Assembly: GCA_024137785.1 (NCBI GenBank)
Contig: JAHRHZ010000062.1
Coordinates: forward strand, 21,859,095 to 21,923,094
Direction of reading: 5' to 3'
DNA length: 64,000 nt
DNA from: Ginglymostoma cirratum
Lineage: Eukaryota
Position numbers and translations under genes: made by a program. This document shows, one piece after another, positions 1 to 58,220 of the stretch (positions within the stretch are counted from its first letter, which is position 1; the number at the start of each line of letters is the position of its first letter). The notes beneath the pieces were generated by a model that saw only the letters and a program-made list of their open reading frames with translations, was not told the origin of the DNA and searched no databases.

Positions 1-1697
1 ATATGTATATGTAAATCTCCAAATTTCTTTAAAGTCACTGCCCTGAGAGAACTGAAGGTTATATCAGTGTAAAGAAGAGGTGACATTTTAGATCAGACAA
101 TGTATGTTAGGTGTGAGGCCTTGTTTAGAATCTGCTTGTGTTTTGGTTTGGAGTCAGACTGGTTTCATTCCTAATGCAGGAATTTATAACATGCCACATT
201 GACTGACTGTCTATAATTTGCGTGCTTTTTAAACAAAATAGAACGCAACTGCAAATACAAATTCAATTTGTATTTTAGTTTCATGCAAATTTAACAGTTA
301 AAATACAACAAAATACAGTGAAAATCTTTAATTTATCACCACAAAACGGCACAATTTTGAATAATTTAAGAATAAGGGGAAAAAAAAAGAAAAAGACATA
401 GCTTGAACAGAGTCCATCAGTCCTGAGCCAGCTCGTCACTATCAACAACGCCTGGGTCACCATCCCTCCACCACCACTTTGCTGCTAGGCCAGTACTCCT
501 CCACCATCACCTGCGCTGGCCAACAAACATCAGCATTATGTCTCTCAACTAGCATTCCATTTGCTTTTCCTGAAAGCTGCTAAAATTGTACGCAAGCTTT
601 TTGTGACCGGTGCTTGAGGACTCCCAAATCCCACTCTGCTGCAGCTTTCTAATGGCTTTTGCAATTTAAATAATATTACATCACACTTCCAATGACCTCA
701 GGCCATTCCAAAGCGCATGGCACAAGTAATAATTCTGAAATGTAGTCATGGTTTTAATATAGACAGGACAGCTGCCAACTCGCACAAAAATCTCGATGTG
801 AAGTTGATTAGACAGCCTGGTTCTTTGCCATGTTGACTGAGCGATAAATATTGACCAGGAAGCTGGGAGAAATTCCCTGTTTTTCTTTAAAGTTAGGTCA
901 TCTAGTGGTGAATTCAAGAAGCACTTGTCACAAAGTATAGTGGCTATCTGGAAATCTCTTCTCAAAATATCAGCTGGAGGTCAACTGAATACATCAAAAC
1001 TAAAATTTTGGTTTGTAAGACCAGGTTATTAGCAGCTCTAGAACCAAACTGGATAAATAGTGTTAAGATGCATTTCTGTCATGACCAAAGTGAGGGAATG
1101 GCCTATGTTCCAATGTTCAATTTGCTTGCTAAGGAACATATTAAGTAATAAATGAGTTGAGTTAATAATTTGTTTAAGGACTTCAGAAAGAAGCATTAAC
1201 TGAAGAAAAAAGCCATCAAATGAATAGAGAAATTTACCAAAGAAGCCAATTAAAAGTAGTGGTGACATTTCACAGAGGTTGATGTGTCCATAAGTTGTTG
1301 TGGGATAAAAGGTTGAATCTTGCTTCAGTTCATGGTTTTCCTGTGTGCAATAAACAAATATGTCCTTTTGTTAACCATACAATGGCAGCCTTTTGTAAAT
1401 ATGTTCAGTGACGGACTTTCATAGTATTCAAAAAGAAAACATAAAACTTACAATCTATCAGGTCAGATTTGGGATCTGTCCTGTCCCATTTTACTATCAT
1501 CAGGGATCAGAACATTCCTGTTAGTTAATAAGTTACACAAATGTCTCTGGCATTTCCTCCAAATACTCATAGCCCTGGTCATGTTTATGGGAGGAGTAGT
1601 GCTGTTTGCAGAAGTGTTATATCAAGTTGTAACACACAATGTATCCAATTGTACAGAGTGATAAAAAGCAACTACTCATCCAAGTATTTAATTGCAG

Positions 1698-1860
1698 GGA
1701 AAAGAGCTAACAGGGAAAAGAAAGAGGCATGAAATACCAGGTATTCTGCTGAAATATGACATTAGCTCTCTTAAGATCCTGATATCGGAAAAAGGAATGC
1801 CCACCAGCCAGTTTCTCATTCGCCTTTGCGGCATAATCGGTGGAATCTTTACTACTGCAG
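1698..1860 (+). CDS. ERGIC2: ERGIC2-like (ERGIC/COPII Erv41 family) exon: GKELTGKRKRHEIPGILLKYDISSLKILISEKGMPTSQFLIRLCGIIGGIFTTA
   Basis: Acceptor attgcag|gga, donor cag|gtagat; 163 nt; matches the ERGIC2 pattern GIFxKYDxSSL...MP..QF..RLCGI.GGIF; divergent, may be a paralog. Confidence 0.85.
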
Positions 1861-2339
1861 GTAGATATGCAATTTTTAAAAATATAAATGATGCAACAGG
1901 CCTGACAAAAGCAAGTGAATGCACAAGTATCCCTAAGTAGAGGTATTTCACTGACTCCAGTGTATGTACAACTGTGGTTCAGTGCGTTCCTCTAGACAGA
2001 CTCGAGTACATAATCTACATTGCACTGGGTGTCAGTACTGAAGGAATGCTGCAGTCTTTTGGATGAGACATTAAATTGAGCCACAACTGACTTTTATTCC
2101 TACTTTCCCTAATTTGATGGCTTTACTCTGAATATCACTAATCCGATGTAGTTCTGACAAAGCAATGTTCTTTATTTAAGCAAAAATGCAGGCTGAGAGC
2201 TGGATGTCTGTAACATTCAAGGTAGTTAGCATCTGCTCAGGTATGACAATAGACCACCCTAATTATCAGGAGCTTGTGCCAAAGAAACACTGACCGTTTA
2301 ATCAGTCAGGGAGAAAAGAAAAATCACATTCATCAAGAC

Positions 2340-4330
2340 ACTGGGTGCCCACAGACCTGATGGTAAAAGATTTTCCACTGGAAGCAAATTTAATTCCAGT
2401 GTACTGATATCAGGGCTCATGAGAAAGAGTATAGAGGTTCTACTGGTTGAACTTGTTGAGAGAACTTGTTACAAGTCTGGAAACAGTTAGGGGTAATGCC
2501 AAGCTTTCCATTGCTAAGAATAGATATTGCATTGGGCAATGATTTGTTTGGCAGAAAGATATATCATTCAAACTGAAAAGTACAGCTGAGAGAGACTGGG
2601 AAGACTTTTGAAAGCAGGTGGTAGAAAGACTGGGAAATGTGAAAGGTTCAGAAGCCCCACCGCTGGTTGGAATAACTCAGGAAGGGGCATTTGAATCAAG
2701 CTGATAGGAAGCAGGAAAGGGGCCAGGTACTGAAAGTGTTTTGGAACCCCTGCAAGGGGTATTGAAGCCCACAGGGTTCAGACTGGCCCAGGAATGATTA
2801 GTTTGAATTAAATAGGACCAAGGATAGGCCAGTGTTAGTTCAAATGGTCAGAACAGAACCTGAAGAAATTGGGCCAAAAGCCATAAAAGAAAGCCAAGAG
2901 CGAGCCAAGGAAAATTATAGGACAAAGTTTGAGATCTGGTTGACAGATACTTTCATGGTAAAAATCACAGGAAGATCAGACAAATTCTCAAACGGGCCAG
3001 GAAAAAGTGAAAGCAGAGCCTCACTTGCTGGATGAGCCACAGGAGAATACAGCAGAAACTGAAAAACCACCAGATAGCAGTAGTGAAAAGGGAAAGGCAG
3101 TGAAACAGGTTGAAGAAAAACCTATTCCCAAACCAGAAGGAAAAGGGAAAGGAAAATATACCACAGTAGACACAAGGAACACGTAACTGCGTTAAGAATG
3201 GAGTTAACCACTGGGAGATCAAAGCATGTGGACCAAGTTACAAACCTTGATATGTCCAACTGGGGTTATGTAAAGGGAGATTGAGATGCAAGACACAAGT
3301 CCGGATATCCTATAGGGGGCACACCTACCAACCACCTAAAAATCAAACTTGTATTATTGGATTTTAGGAATGGGCAATGAAGCATTAAAATTAGGGAAGA
3401 TGGCTCAACCCAGAGAACAACTGTTCATGATACAGAAATGTTGCAAAAATGGTAAATACGAACAGCCAATTTTCAACTTCCATCATGATTGTTATACTCA
3501 AGACTTTTGATGGATTATAACATAAAGAGATAAATATTGCATTAAAATGGATGTCATGATTATCTAACCACAAACTGAAGAACATCCAGGACACTATGTG
3601 GAATAAATCAAATTATCTACATTGAAATTACCACTTAATCTAGACATTGAAACCAGCCAATTGATTCAGCATTAAATTATTCATATCTCCTGATTTAATT
3701 CACAATGGTATAATAAGGACACATATTAGACATCAAGGACTGCTTGCCACTGTGCAAATTTGAAAGACAATGGAGCCAGTCTTGGGAACTCATAAATAAA
3801 CTATATTTCATTAGTTGCCTTTTCAGTCGCAGAGAGAAAGTATTATGGACTCATAACATCATAACCAGTAAGTTTCCTCTCTCTCCCTGATGGTTCCTCA
3901 TCATCTCAGAGGGCAGCACAAGGTGAAAAAGAAAATGGGAAAATAGCCATTCATCAAGAACTCAACGATATGTACAAATTTCACCATTGCGGAGGATACA
4001 AAGCAACAATTAAAAAAAAAATCTCTGGTCTCAAATTAAAAATCTAACATCTCAGGGACTTGAAGAACCTTTGAACTATGCAACACTTGTTCTGTCCTTG
4101 TGAGACACCTTCTCCCTTTTAAATTTGTGTTTATGGTGCATCTTTATTACTTTTTTTTGTTTAGCAGGTCAGAACGTGCTTTTTTTTAATTCAAGAAAGC
4201 CATATTATTGGCTCCTTCATTTTAATCTAGCCTACTATATTTTTAACTGAAGTGATATAGTGTATATTAAAAAGAAATAAAAACATTGTTGATACTGATT
4301 GAAGAGGGCTTATGAAGATGCCAGCTGGCT
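2340..4330 (+). mobile_element. Highly decayed LTR-retrotransposon (Gypsy/ERV-like) internal relic
   Basis: Purine-rich gag-like stretch, zinc-knuckle-like relic near 3245-3290, RNaseH-like relic near 3760-3860, integrase-C-like relic near 4240-4320; all disrupted by stops. Confidence 0.3.
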
Positions 4331-4536
4331 TATCCCTCTTCACAAGAATGTTCCATTAATTTTTGCTGCTGCAGTTGGAAATTCTTTCAGTATCTCATGA
4401 TTAGAGTTTTATATCATCAGATAAGAAATATATGATTTCCTTTGAAATATTATTTTTCTGACCAATTCTTTCAAACCTTCATAGAGGTAATTTTTTTTTA
4501 ACATGTAGATACAGGTTTTTTTTGTAGTTATCATTA

Positions 4537-4540
<4 letters not shown>

Positions 4541-4572
<32 letters not shown>
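4541..4572. repeat. (GT)16 microsatellite
   Basis: Direct reading. Confidence 0.97.
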
Positions 4573-4575
<3 letters not shown>

Positions 4576-5388
4576 AGGCATAGGTCATAATCCTCAAGCT
4601 TCCTCTACTATTTAGTAAAATCATTGTTAATCTTCCACCTCAACTCCTTTCTCTCGCTATTTATATATTGCATCCATCGGTGTCCAGAATCAATGAATTC
4701 CAAAACAAAAACAGAAATTGCTGATGAGACTCAGCAGGTCTGGCAACATCTGTAAAAAGAAAGCAGTTACCATTTTGAGTCCAGTGAGTCTGCACCAGAC
4801 TCTTCATCTATAAGTTCCATCCTGAATCTGCACAGCAACCAGTCAACATTTGTTAAGATCATTCATCTGTCTTCAGGAGACAATGTTGAGCAGCTTCTTA
4901 TGCATTTAGTGAAGGTGCTTCAACAGTACTGGTTGGCAATGAATTCCAAGATTATAACCCAGGAACAAAAATCTACCAAAGCCAAAATACTTGGAAGAGA
5001 ATGTGGATGATGTTCTGATGTACCTGCTACTCTTATTCTTCTTGGTAGTGGAGACCATGGATTTGGCACTTGTCTGCACTAAGCTAGAACTTCCATTGAA
5101 TTGTGTTCAACAAACAAAAACAGAGCTCAAAAGCTGCCACTAGCAACCTAATCTGTCCTGCTCCTCTTTAGAACTATGGTATATTTTACATCACCCAGCT
5201 AAGGCAACACTTCAGGCAGTGCAACTCTCAGTACTACGGTACAGGAGTGTCAATGAAGATTATATGGTTAAATTTCTGGATTAGCACTCGAATACACAGT
5301 CTACCAACCAAGAGCAAATATATTGAATCATATGGCTACAAAACATTAAAATAATTCATGAGATTCTCTATTGGCTCTCTTTAAGAAC

Positions 5389-6599
5389 AAAATGTCCTCA
5401 TTCTTCAAGGACCGCAACATCTCCCACCACCCCCCCCCCTCCCCCGCAGTGGTCGAGAACGCCCTCGACCGTGTCTCCCGCATTTCCCGCAACTCATCCC
5501 TCACACCCTGTCCCCGCAATAATAACCGAAAAAAATCCCTCTCGTCCTCACGCACCACCCCACCAACCTCCGGATCCAACGCATCATCCTCCGACACTTC
5601 CTCCATCTGCAATCCGACCCCACCACCAAAGACATTTTTCCCTCCCCACCCTTATCTGCTTTCCGGAGGGACCACTCCCTCCGTGACTCCCTTGTCCGCT
5701 CCACACTCCCCTCCAGCCCCACCACACCCGACACTTTTCCCTGCAACCGCAGGAAGTGCTACACCTGCCCCCACACCTCCTCCCTCACCCCAATCCCAGG
5801 TCTCAAGAAGACTTTACACATCAAGCAGATGTTCACCTGCACATCTGCCAATGTGGCATACTGCATCCGCTGTTCCCGTTGTGGCCTCCTCTACATTGGG
5901 GAAACCAAGCAGAGGCTTGGGGACCGCTTTCCAGAACACCTGCTCTCAGTTCGCAACAAACAACTGCACCTCCCAGTCGCAAACCATTTCAACTCCCCCT
6001 CCCATTCCTCAGACAACGTGTCCATCCTGGGCCTCCTGCAATGCCACAGAGATGCCACCCGAAGGCTGCAGGAACAGCAAATCATATTCAGCCTGGGAAC
6101 CCTGCAGCCCAATGGTATCAATGTGGATTTCACAAGCTTCAAAATCTCCCCTCCCCCAACCGCATCCCAAAATGAGCCCAGCTCGTCCCCGCTTCCCTAA
6201 CCTATTCTTCCTCTCACCTATCCCCTCCTCCTACCTCAAGCCCCACCCCCATCTCCTATATACTAACCTCATCCCGCCTCCTTGACCTGTCTGTCCTCCC
6301 TGGACTGACCTATCTCCTCCCTACCCCGCCACCTACACTCACCTTTACTGGCTCCATCCCCACCTCTGACTTGTCTGCCTCCTCTCCACCTATCCTCTCC
6401 TCTATCCATCTTCTATCCGCCTCCCCCTCTCTCCCTATTTATTTCAGAACCCCCTTCCCCTCCCCCATTTCTGATGAAGGGTCTAGGCCCGAAACGTCAA
6501 GCTTTCCTGCTCCTATGATGCTGCTGGGCCTGCTGTGTTCATCCAGCTCCACACCTTGTTATCTCGGATTCTCCAGCATCTGCAGTACCTTTTATCTCT
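5389..6599 (+). mobile_element. Penelope-like retroelement (PLE), 5'-truncated: RT C-terminal linker + GIY-YIG endonuclease + terminal repeat
   Basis: ORF 5829-6200 NVAYCIRCSRCGLLYIGETKQRLGDRFPEH...NHFN...LGTLQPNGIN; upstream CxxxxCxxC linker with frameshifts at homopolymer runs; C-rich 3' UTR; hammerhead-bearing tail. Confidence 0.92.
6468..6501 (+). ncRNA. Minimal type I hammerhead ribozyme motif in the PLE terminal repeat
   Basis: CUGAUGA (6471-6477), A, stem II GGGU-CUAG-GCCC, GAAAC, GUC cleavage triplet (6496-6498); palindromic ACGU stem III; short stem I UUU/AAG. Confidence 0.8.
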
Positions 6600-7198
6600 G
6601 ATACAATTAGTCCCACTCCCTTCCCTTTCCTTCCTAGTCCTGTAAATTCTTCTTCCTTGGAAAATTATCCACTTATCTTTTGAAAACCATGATTGAATCT
6701 TTCACCACTCACTCAAAGCATTCTTGATCGTAATCATTCATTGGGTAATAAAGCTCATGTTGACATTGAATTAAGGCAGTTTGCAAAAGAATTAACATCT
6801 TCTAGGTCTTGGAATCTGCTGAGAATAGTTTTTCCATTTATTGTTTAGACCTCTCATGATATTGAACACCTCTGTCAAACATCCTTTTCCAAGAGCAACG
6901 CCAGCTTCACCAATCTATCCAAATTAACTCAGTCTGTATTCACTGGGACCATTATTGCTAATCCTTTCTGCACCCTCTAAGGTTTTTACATCCCTCCTGA
7001 AGTATATTGGCCAAAATATTTCTGTTGAAGCTGAATCACTTCTATAAAGTTAACTTCCCTCTTTTCCTACTCTATGCATCTATATAAAACCTGCATATCT
7101 TTTTAACCTCTTAACATTTTGATAAGATCAAAGAAGGGTTACAAATGTACTTAATAATCTTTACTTGGTCCTGAATATTTCTACATTTCTCTCCTTAG

Positions 7199-7248
7199 GA
7201 CTGTTACATAACTTATGTGGATTCATTATTAATCTTCTTTGCTGCTAA
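7199..7248 (+). CDS. ERGIC2: ERGIC2-like penultimate exon (7199-7271): GLLHNLCGFIINLLCC* with TAA at 7246-7248
   Basis: Acceptor tttctctccttag|ga, donor aag|gtaagg at 7271; aligns to ERGIC2 GMLHGIGKFIVEIICC; phase matches the previous exon. Confidence 0.78.
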
Positions 7249-8395
7249 TGCAAGCTCAGAACAGATCAAAGGTAAGGGAAACAATGTTGAATATTTTGCA
7301 GCTTATAGCAAATTAGCAGCCATTGCCTAACCATCTATTTAGGATAATGAAGGGCTTTGGACAATCTTAATTCTTCTGGAGACCCCAAGGTCTCATCATT
7401 GCAGCAACCTCCAACAACCGCAGGGTTTATTACTTCATTACATTCTTAAATTTGCGCTTTTGCGATTTTCATATAGTTCCCCAAATGACTTTTCCACTGT
7501 TTGACAAATACTGATTGTCTCTGCTATCCAGTCCTTGGAGAGGGTATAGAGGAAATTTAACTGGAAAATATTGGGGATGCAGATGAATTGGAGAGATGGG
7601 GATTGTTCTTGGAGCAGAGAAGCTTACAGAAAAACCCAAAGTAGTAGTCAGAATAACGAGCAGTTTTGAATGAAGAAACAGTTTCCTCTGGAAAGTGAGT
7701 CAAAAGTTAGGAGCAGTAACTTTAAAGGATGAGAGAAGAACAGCAGTCCAAAGAGGACTGGCAAAATCTGCAACATTCGACCTGAAAAGGTGGCATAAGT
7801 AGATTCTATTGTAATTTTAAAATCATAAACGAATACATACTTGAAGACAACTACTTTGCAAGACTACGGGAAAAAGACAAGGTGAGGGATTAAATTGGGC
7901 AGCTCTTTCAAAAAAACCAGATTAGACATGACAGGCCAAATGACTTCCTGTGCTGCAAGATTTCATGACTCATTTAAAGTTGAACAGCACAAGCTTCTTG
8001 GATCCTTTCTTAGACCCCTGAAACGGATGGCCATCATGGCATAGCCCAGTTAATGGATCTATGCCTTGCATACAGATGTTTCCCCTTTCAAAATCTGAGT
8101 GTGTTCTATCGCATAAAAATCATCTTAAGTAAACTGTTCCAGAAAACAGGGCAGAAGAAAATCTAAAATATATCTAGTACAGAATTAACGTGGCATTACA
8201 TTTTTAGTGTGTGCCCAGAATTCCACAGTAAATTGTACAGGTTGAACTTGGTTGATACAGAACCAACTGCTGTCATCATGACAAACTATTAGTAAAGGAA
8301 GAGAATGGAAAGAGTTATCTAGTCAATCTGCTGAAATCTTCAGTTAAAAATTGCTAAGAAATTCTAAATGCATATTAAATATTTGTCTATTTCAG

Positions 8396-8510
8396 ACCAG
8401 AATGAAGTTCTGCTCCAACAAAATGACACCAGCGTGAAGCACACATCAGCAGATGTCCATCATGTTTTAGCAGCACAATAAACCACTAATTTTAATGAAA
8501 TAAATAAATA
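8396..8510 (+). other. Probable terminal exon of the ERGIC2-like gene with poly(A) signals
   Basis: Acceptor tttgtctatttcag|acc; AATAAA at 8477-8482, 8499-8504 and 8503-8508, followed by a GT/T-rich tract. Confidence 0.55.
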
Positions 8511-8519
8511 CTCCGATTG

Positions 8520-11435
8520 TTTTTGGTTCTCAAAGGCACCCATTTAATTTTCCATCCACAAATCAGTGTAGTTGTACTGCAAACTGTGACACTGACACTT
8601 GTCCATTTTTCGTACAAACAGTGTAAAAAATATGAATGCTGCCATTGCAGTGTAGCATTTTTAACATTGCTTTCAGAATGAAAAAAATTTTAATTTGAGT
8701 GCACAGAAAATCAGTTTTCCTAAAATTAATTCCAATACAGATTTAACCTTACTGGTACACCTGCTGATAACCAATAAATAATAACTATTTTGATTACAAA
8801 TGTCATCTGTTGTCCTCTGTAGAAACATTCACTAAAAAAGTCATTATTATTTAAGGCAGCCAGCCACACAATGCACATTGAAGTACTATTTTTACAACTT
8901 TTTTTATTAAAGAGCACAGCAAAAGCCTGTGCCATTTTTGCACACCAGCTCCGTTCCCCATGCATTGCTGCAAATTTCTTTTAAGTGTTGTCTACAGCCT
9001 AGTCCAGGAGTCTTCAACAATGATCCCCTGTAGATTGTGTGTCTTTTAAGAAGAAAAATATAGCATCACAAAGTCACCAGCTTCCAGTTAACTAAATCGA
9101 AAAGGACATTCAATGTTTACAAAATATGTTTTATTTTTCTTTCTTACAGCCACCTAAGGTTAGGCTTGAATTTCAGTTGCTAACACTGAAAGTGACAGAC
9201 ACCTTCAAATGATAAATTTAACCAGGTCTCCGGATGGGCGCTGGCTCCCAGCTTGGAGATTCAGGAGGTGGTAGTGAAATGGAAAGGGGCAAACAGGACA
9301 AACATTTTGCTACAGAAGGCAAACAACATTCTGAAGACTGGAGCATTCCATAAAGTTTTTTCTTACAGGTTTGATGTCCAGCCATTCCTTCCTCACTCAA
9401 AGCAGAGGATGCTGAGTAACCAATTAACATTTTTGCTGCAGTGCATCAATGTAGCTCAGCTGCCAAACTACTCATTGCAGTCGTTTCATGCTCCATAAGC
9501 GAAGGAAAAAGCAACTTTGTGACAAGTTATTGGGGACTGCCATCAATAAGCATATCTATGCTGTCAAATTAGGAATATTTCTTTTAAAAAACCCATAATA
9601 ATGATGAGACTGCATAAACAGTGCTGCAAATTAAAGGCTGGCGATTTGGGTCTTGGCTTCATTTAACCTCTTGCCATTAATTTGCAATAGATCATCTTGA
9701 TTTTTCAATATAAACATGAGAACCTCAATGCCATATTTCACTCAAACAAGCACCAGTACCAACAACTATTAATTAGTAAGGTCAAACGGTCAATATTGTA
9801 GGTTAAGAGCTGTAATCACATCAATAGTAAGTGCATTGTTTATAACCAACTGAACGATTTGAGATGTGTCCATGTTTAAGGTTAGTCGGGCAGAGGCTAA
9901 GCAATACCCACAAGTTAAACTACCTATTTGAATCATTTCTATTAGTGAGAGAATAAGATTACAATTGTCATGAAGATGCAAAAGGTAGAGAGAATATTCA
10001 CAGCTCAAGTTGTAAAGAGGGAACCTGTAACATAATTCCAAAAACATTAAACTTTACTTATTTCAACTTTTATACCAAAAGCAACAATGCCAGCATCCCA
10101 ATTGGAACAATCAAAAGGAAAATGGCAGTAAATCAGACAGAGTAAATGACATTTTCCTGCATGTCTTCGAAAATCTTCAGCAGGAAGCCTCCCCCGCCTC
10201 CCATAGTGCAGAGAAGTCAGGCAAATTCTTATACCCCAAATAAGATAGCTTTCCCTGCTCCCCAAGTCAAGGCAAACACCATTAATATCCCTAAATGTTA
10301 TCAAAATCAATTATACATGACTGCAGAGATCATACTATGTTAATTCACCAATCCCAGTTATCTTTCAGGAATGTTTACATGCAGCAGTTAGCTTCAATGT
10401 TCTGATAAACCCAATTCTCTAAATCAAAATTTGTTTAGAAAAAGGTTGTGGTGGAGGTAGAGGGTGAAACTGGTCTTGGGCTGCGGTGTGAATTGGACGA
10501 CCGCAGATCAATTGTCCGTTTTACACTCTGATAGATTTCATTTTCTATTGAAACCAAACCCATCCATACCTTCTCCCAACAAATTTGCTTTTTGCACTCA
10601 GATATTCAGTTAAAATTTCCAGAGTTTAAACACACTGCCCCAGTTTCTCTGAACGGTCAAGGATTGTCCTGCAGGGCACTGCTGCAGAAAGTATGAACTC
10701 AAGTTACCTCTGATACCTTCGGTTAACCACACCCCTCCCAAGCAGAATGCAGAGTTTCAAGTCTGGAGCTTGTTTACCAATTAATTACAGCATTGTTACT
10801 TTGTGCTCAGTTCAACAACAGCAATCAGTGCAATCGCTATTGAAGGGCGGGTGGGGTGAAGAAGTTCAACCAAATCCGATCACTCAAGTTGATAAGTAAA
10901 CAAAGGCAAATTCAAACCTCAATTTGACTGGTCAGGAGGTTTCCTTCACAGTGTAATTTTTTGTTTCACCATTGAATTTTATGCCAACCGCACTAACCCA
11001 TTAACCAAAAGCTAAGTTGATAAAGCCAAACTGAACATGCACTGAGTAAATCAGCACTTTCAGACAAAGTTTACTTGTAACAGGACATGTTTCATAAATT
11101 TTCCATGAAGAGGCAGAGATGACTAACTGAAATTTGAATACAGTTACTCAATGGAAAAAAAAAACTTGTTTTCCCCATATCATTCTTTCCTCAATGTAAA
11201 GCTTATTTCAAACCTTGAAACTGTTTTTTCCTCACTGTACTTTAGTGCATTTCTGTATTTTTAATGGTGCTAGATAGCCGACCCAAATTATTATAAAGTA
11301 GCTTTAACAAATTACATACATGACAACATTTAACGAGATACAGATTTTTCATTTCTTACAAACATTAACACAAGATTTATCAATGTCCAGTACAGCTATC
11401 TATAATGCATAGGTGACTGAGTGCTTGTGGTTCTG
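8520..11435 (-). other. Probable long FAR 3' UTR
   Basis: Repeat-poor, AT-rich stretch after the stop, with candidate minus-strand poly(A) signals (AATAAA ~8903-8908, ATTAAA ~8543-8548); true end unknown. Confidence 0.5.

Positions 11436-58220
<46,785 letters not shown>

Noticed and set aside
4720-4760. CTGATGAG at ~4721 as a plus-strand hammerhead core
   Set aside because: No correctly placed GAAA/NUH; it is a chance mutation within an antisense terminal-repeat relic.
5371-6285. 304-aa Pro/Ser-rich ORF (and similar ORFs at 57245-57761)
   Set aside because: Alternative reading frames of the C-rich PLE; the real coding frame is the GIY-YIG one, shifted by indels.
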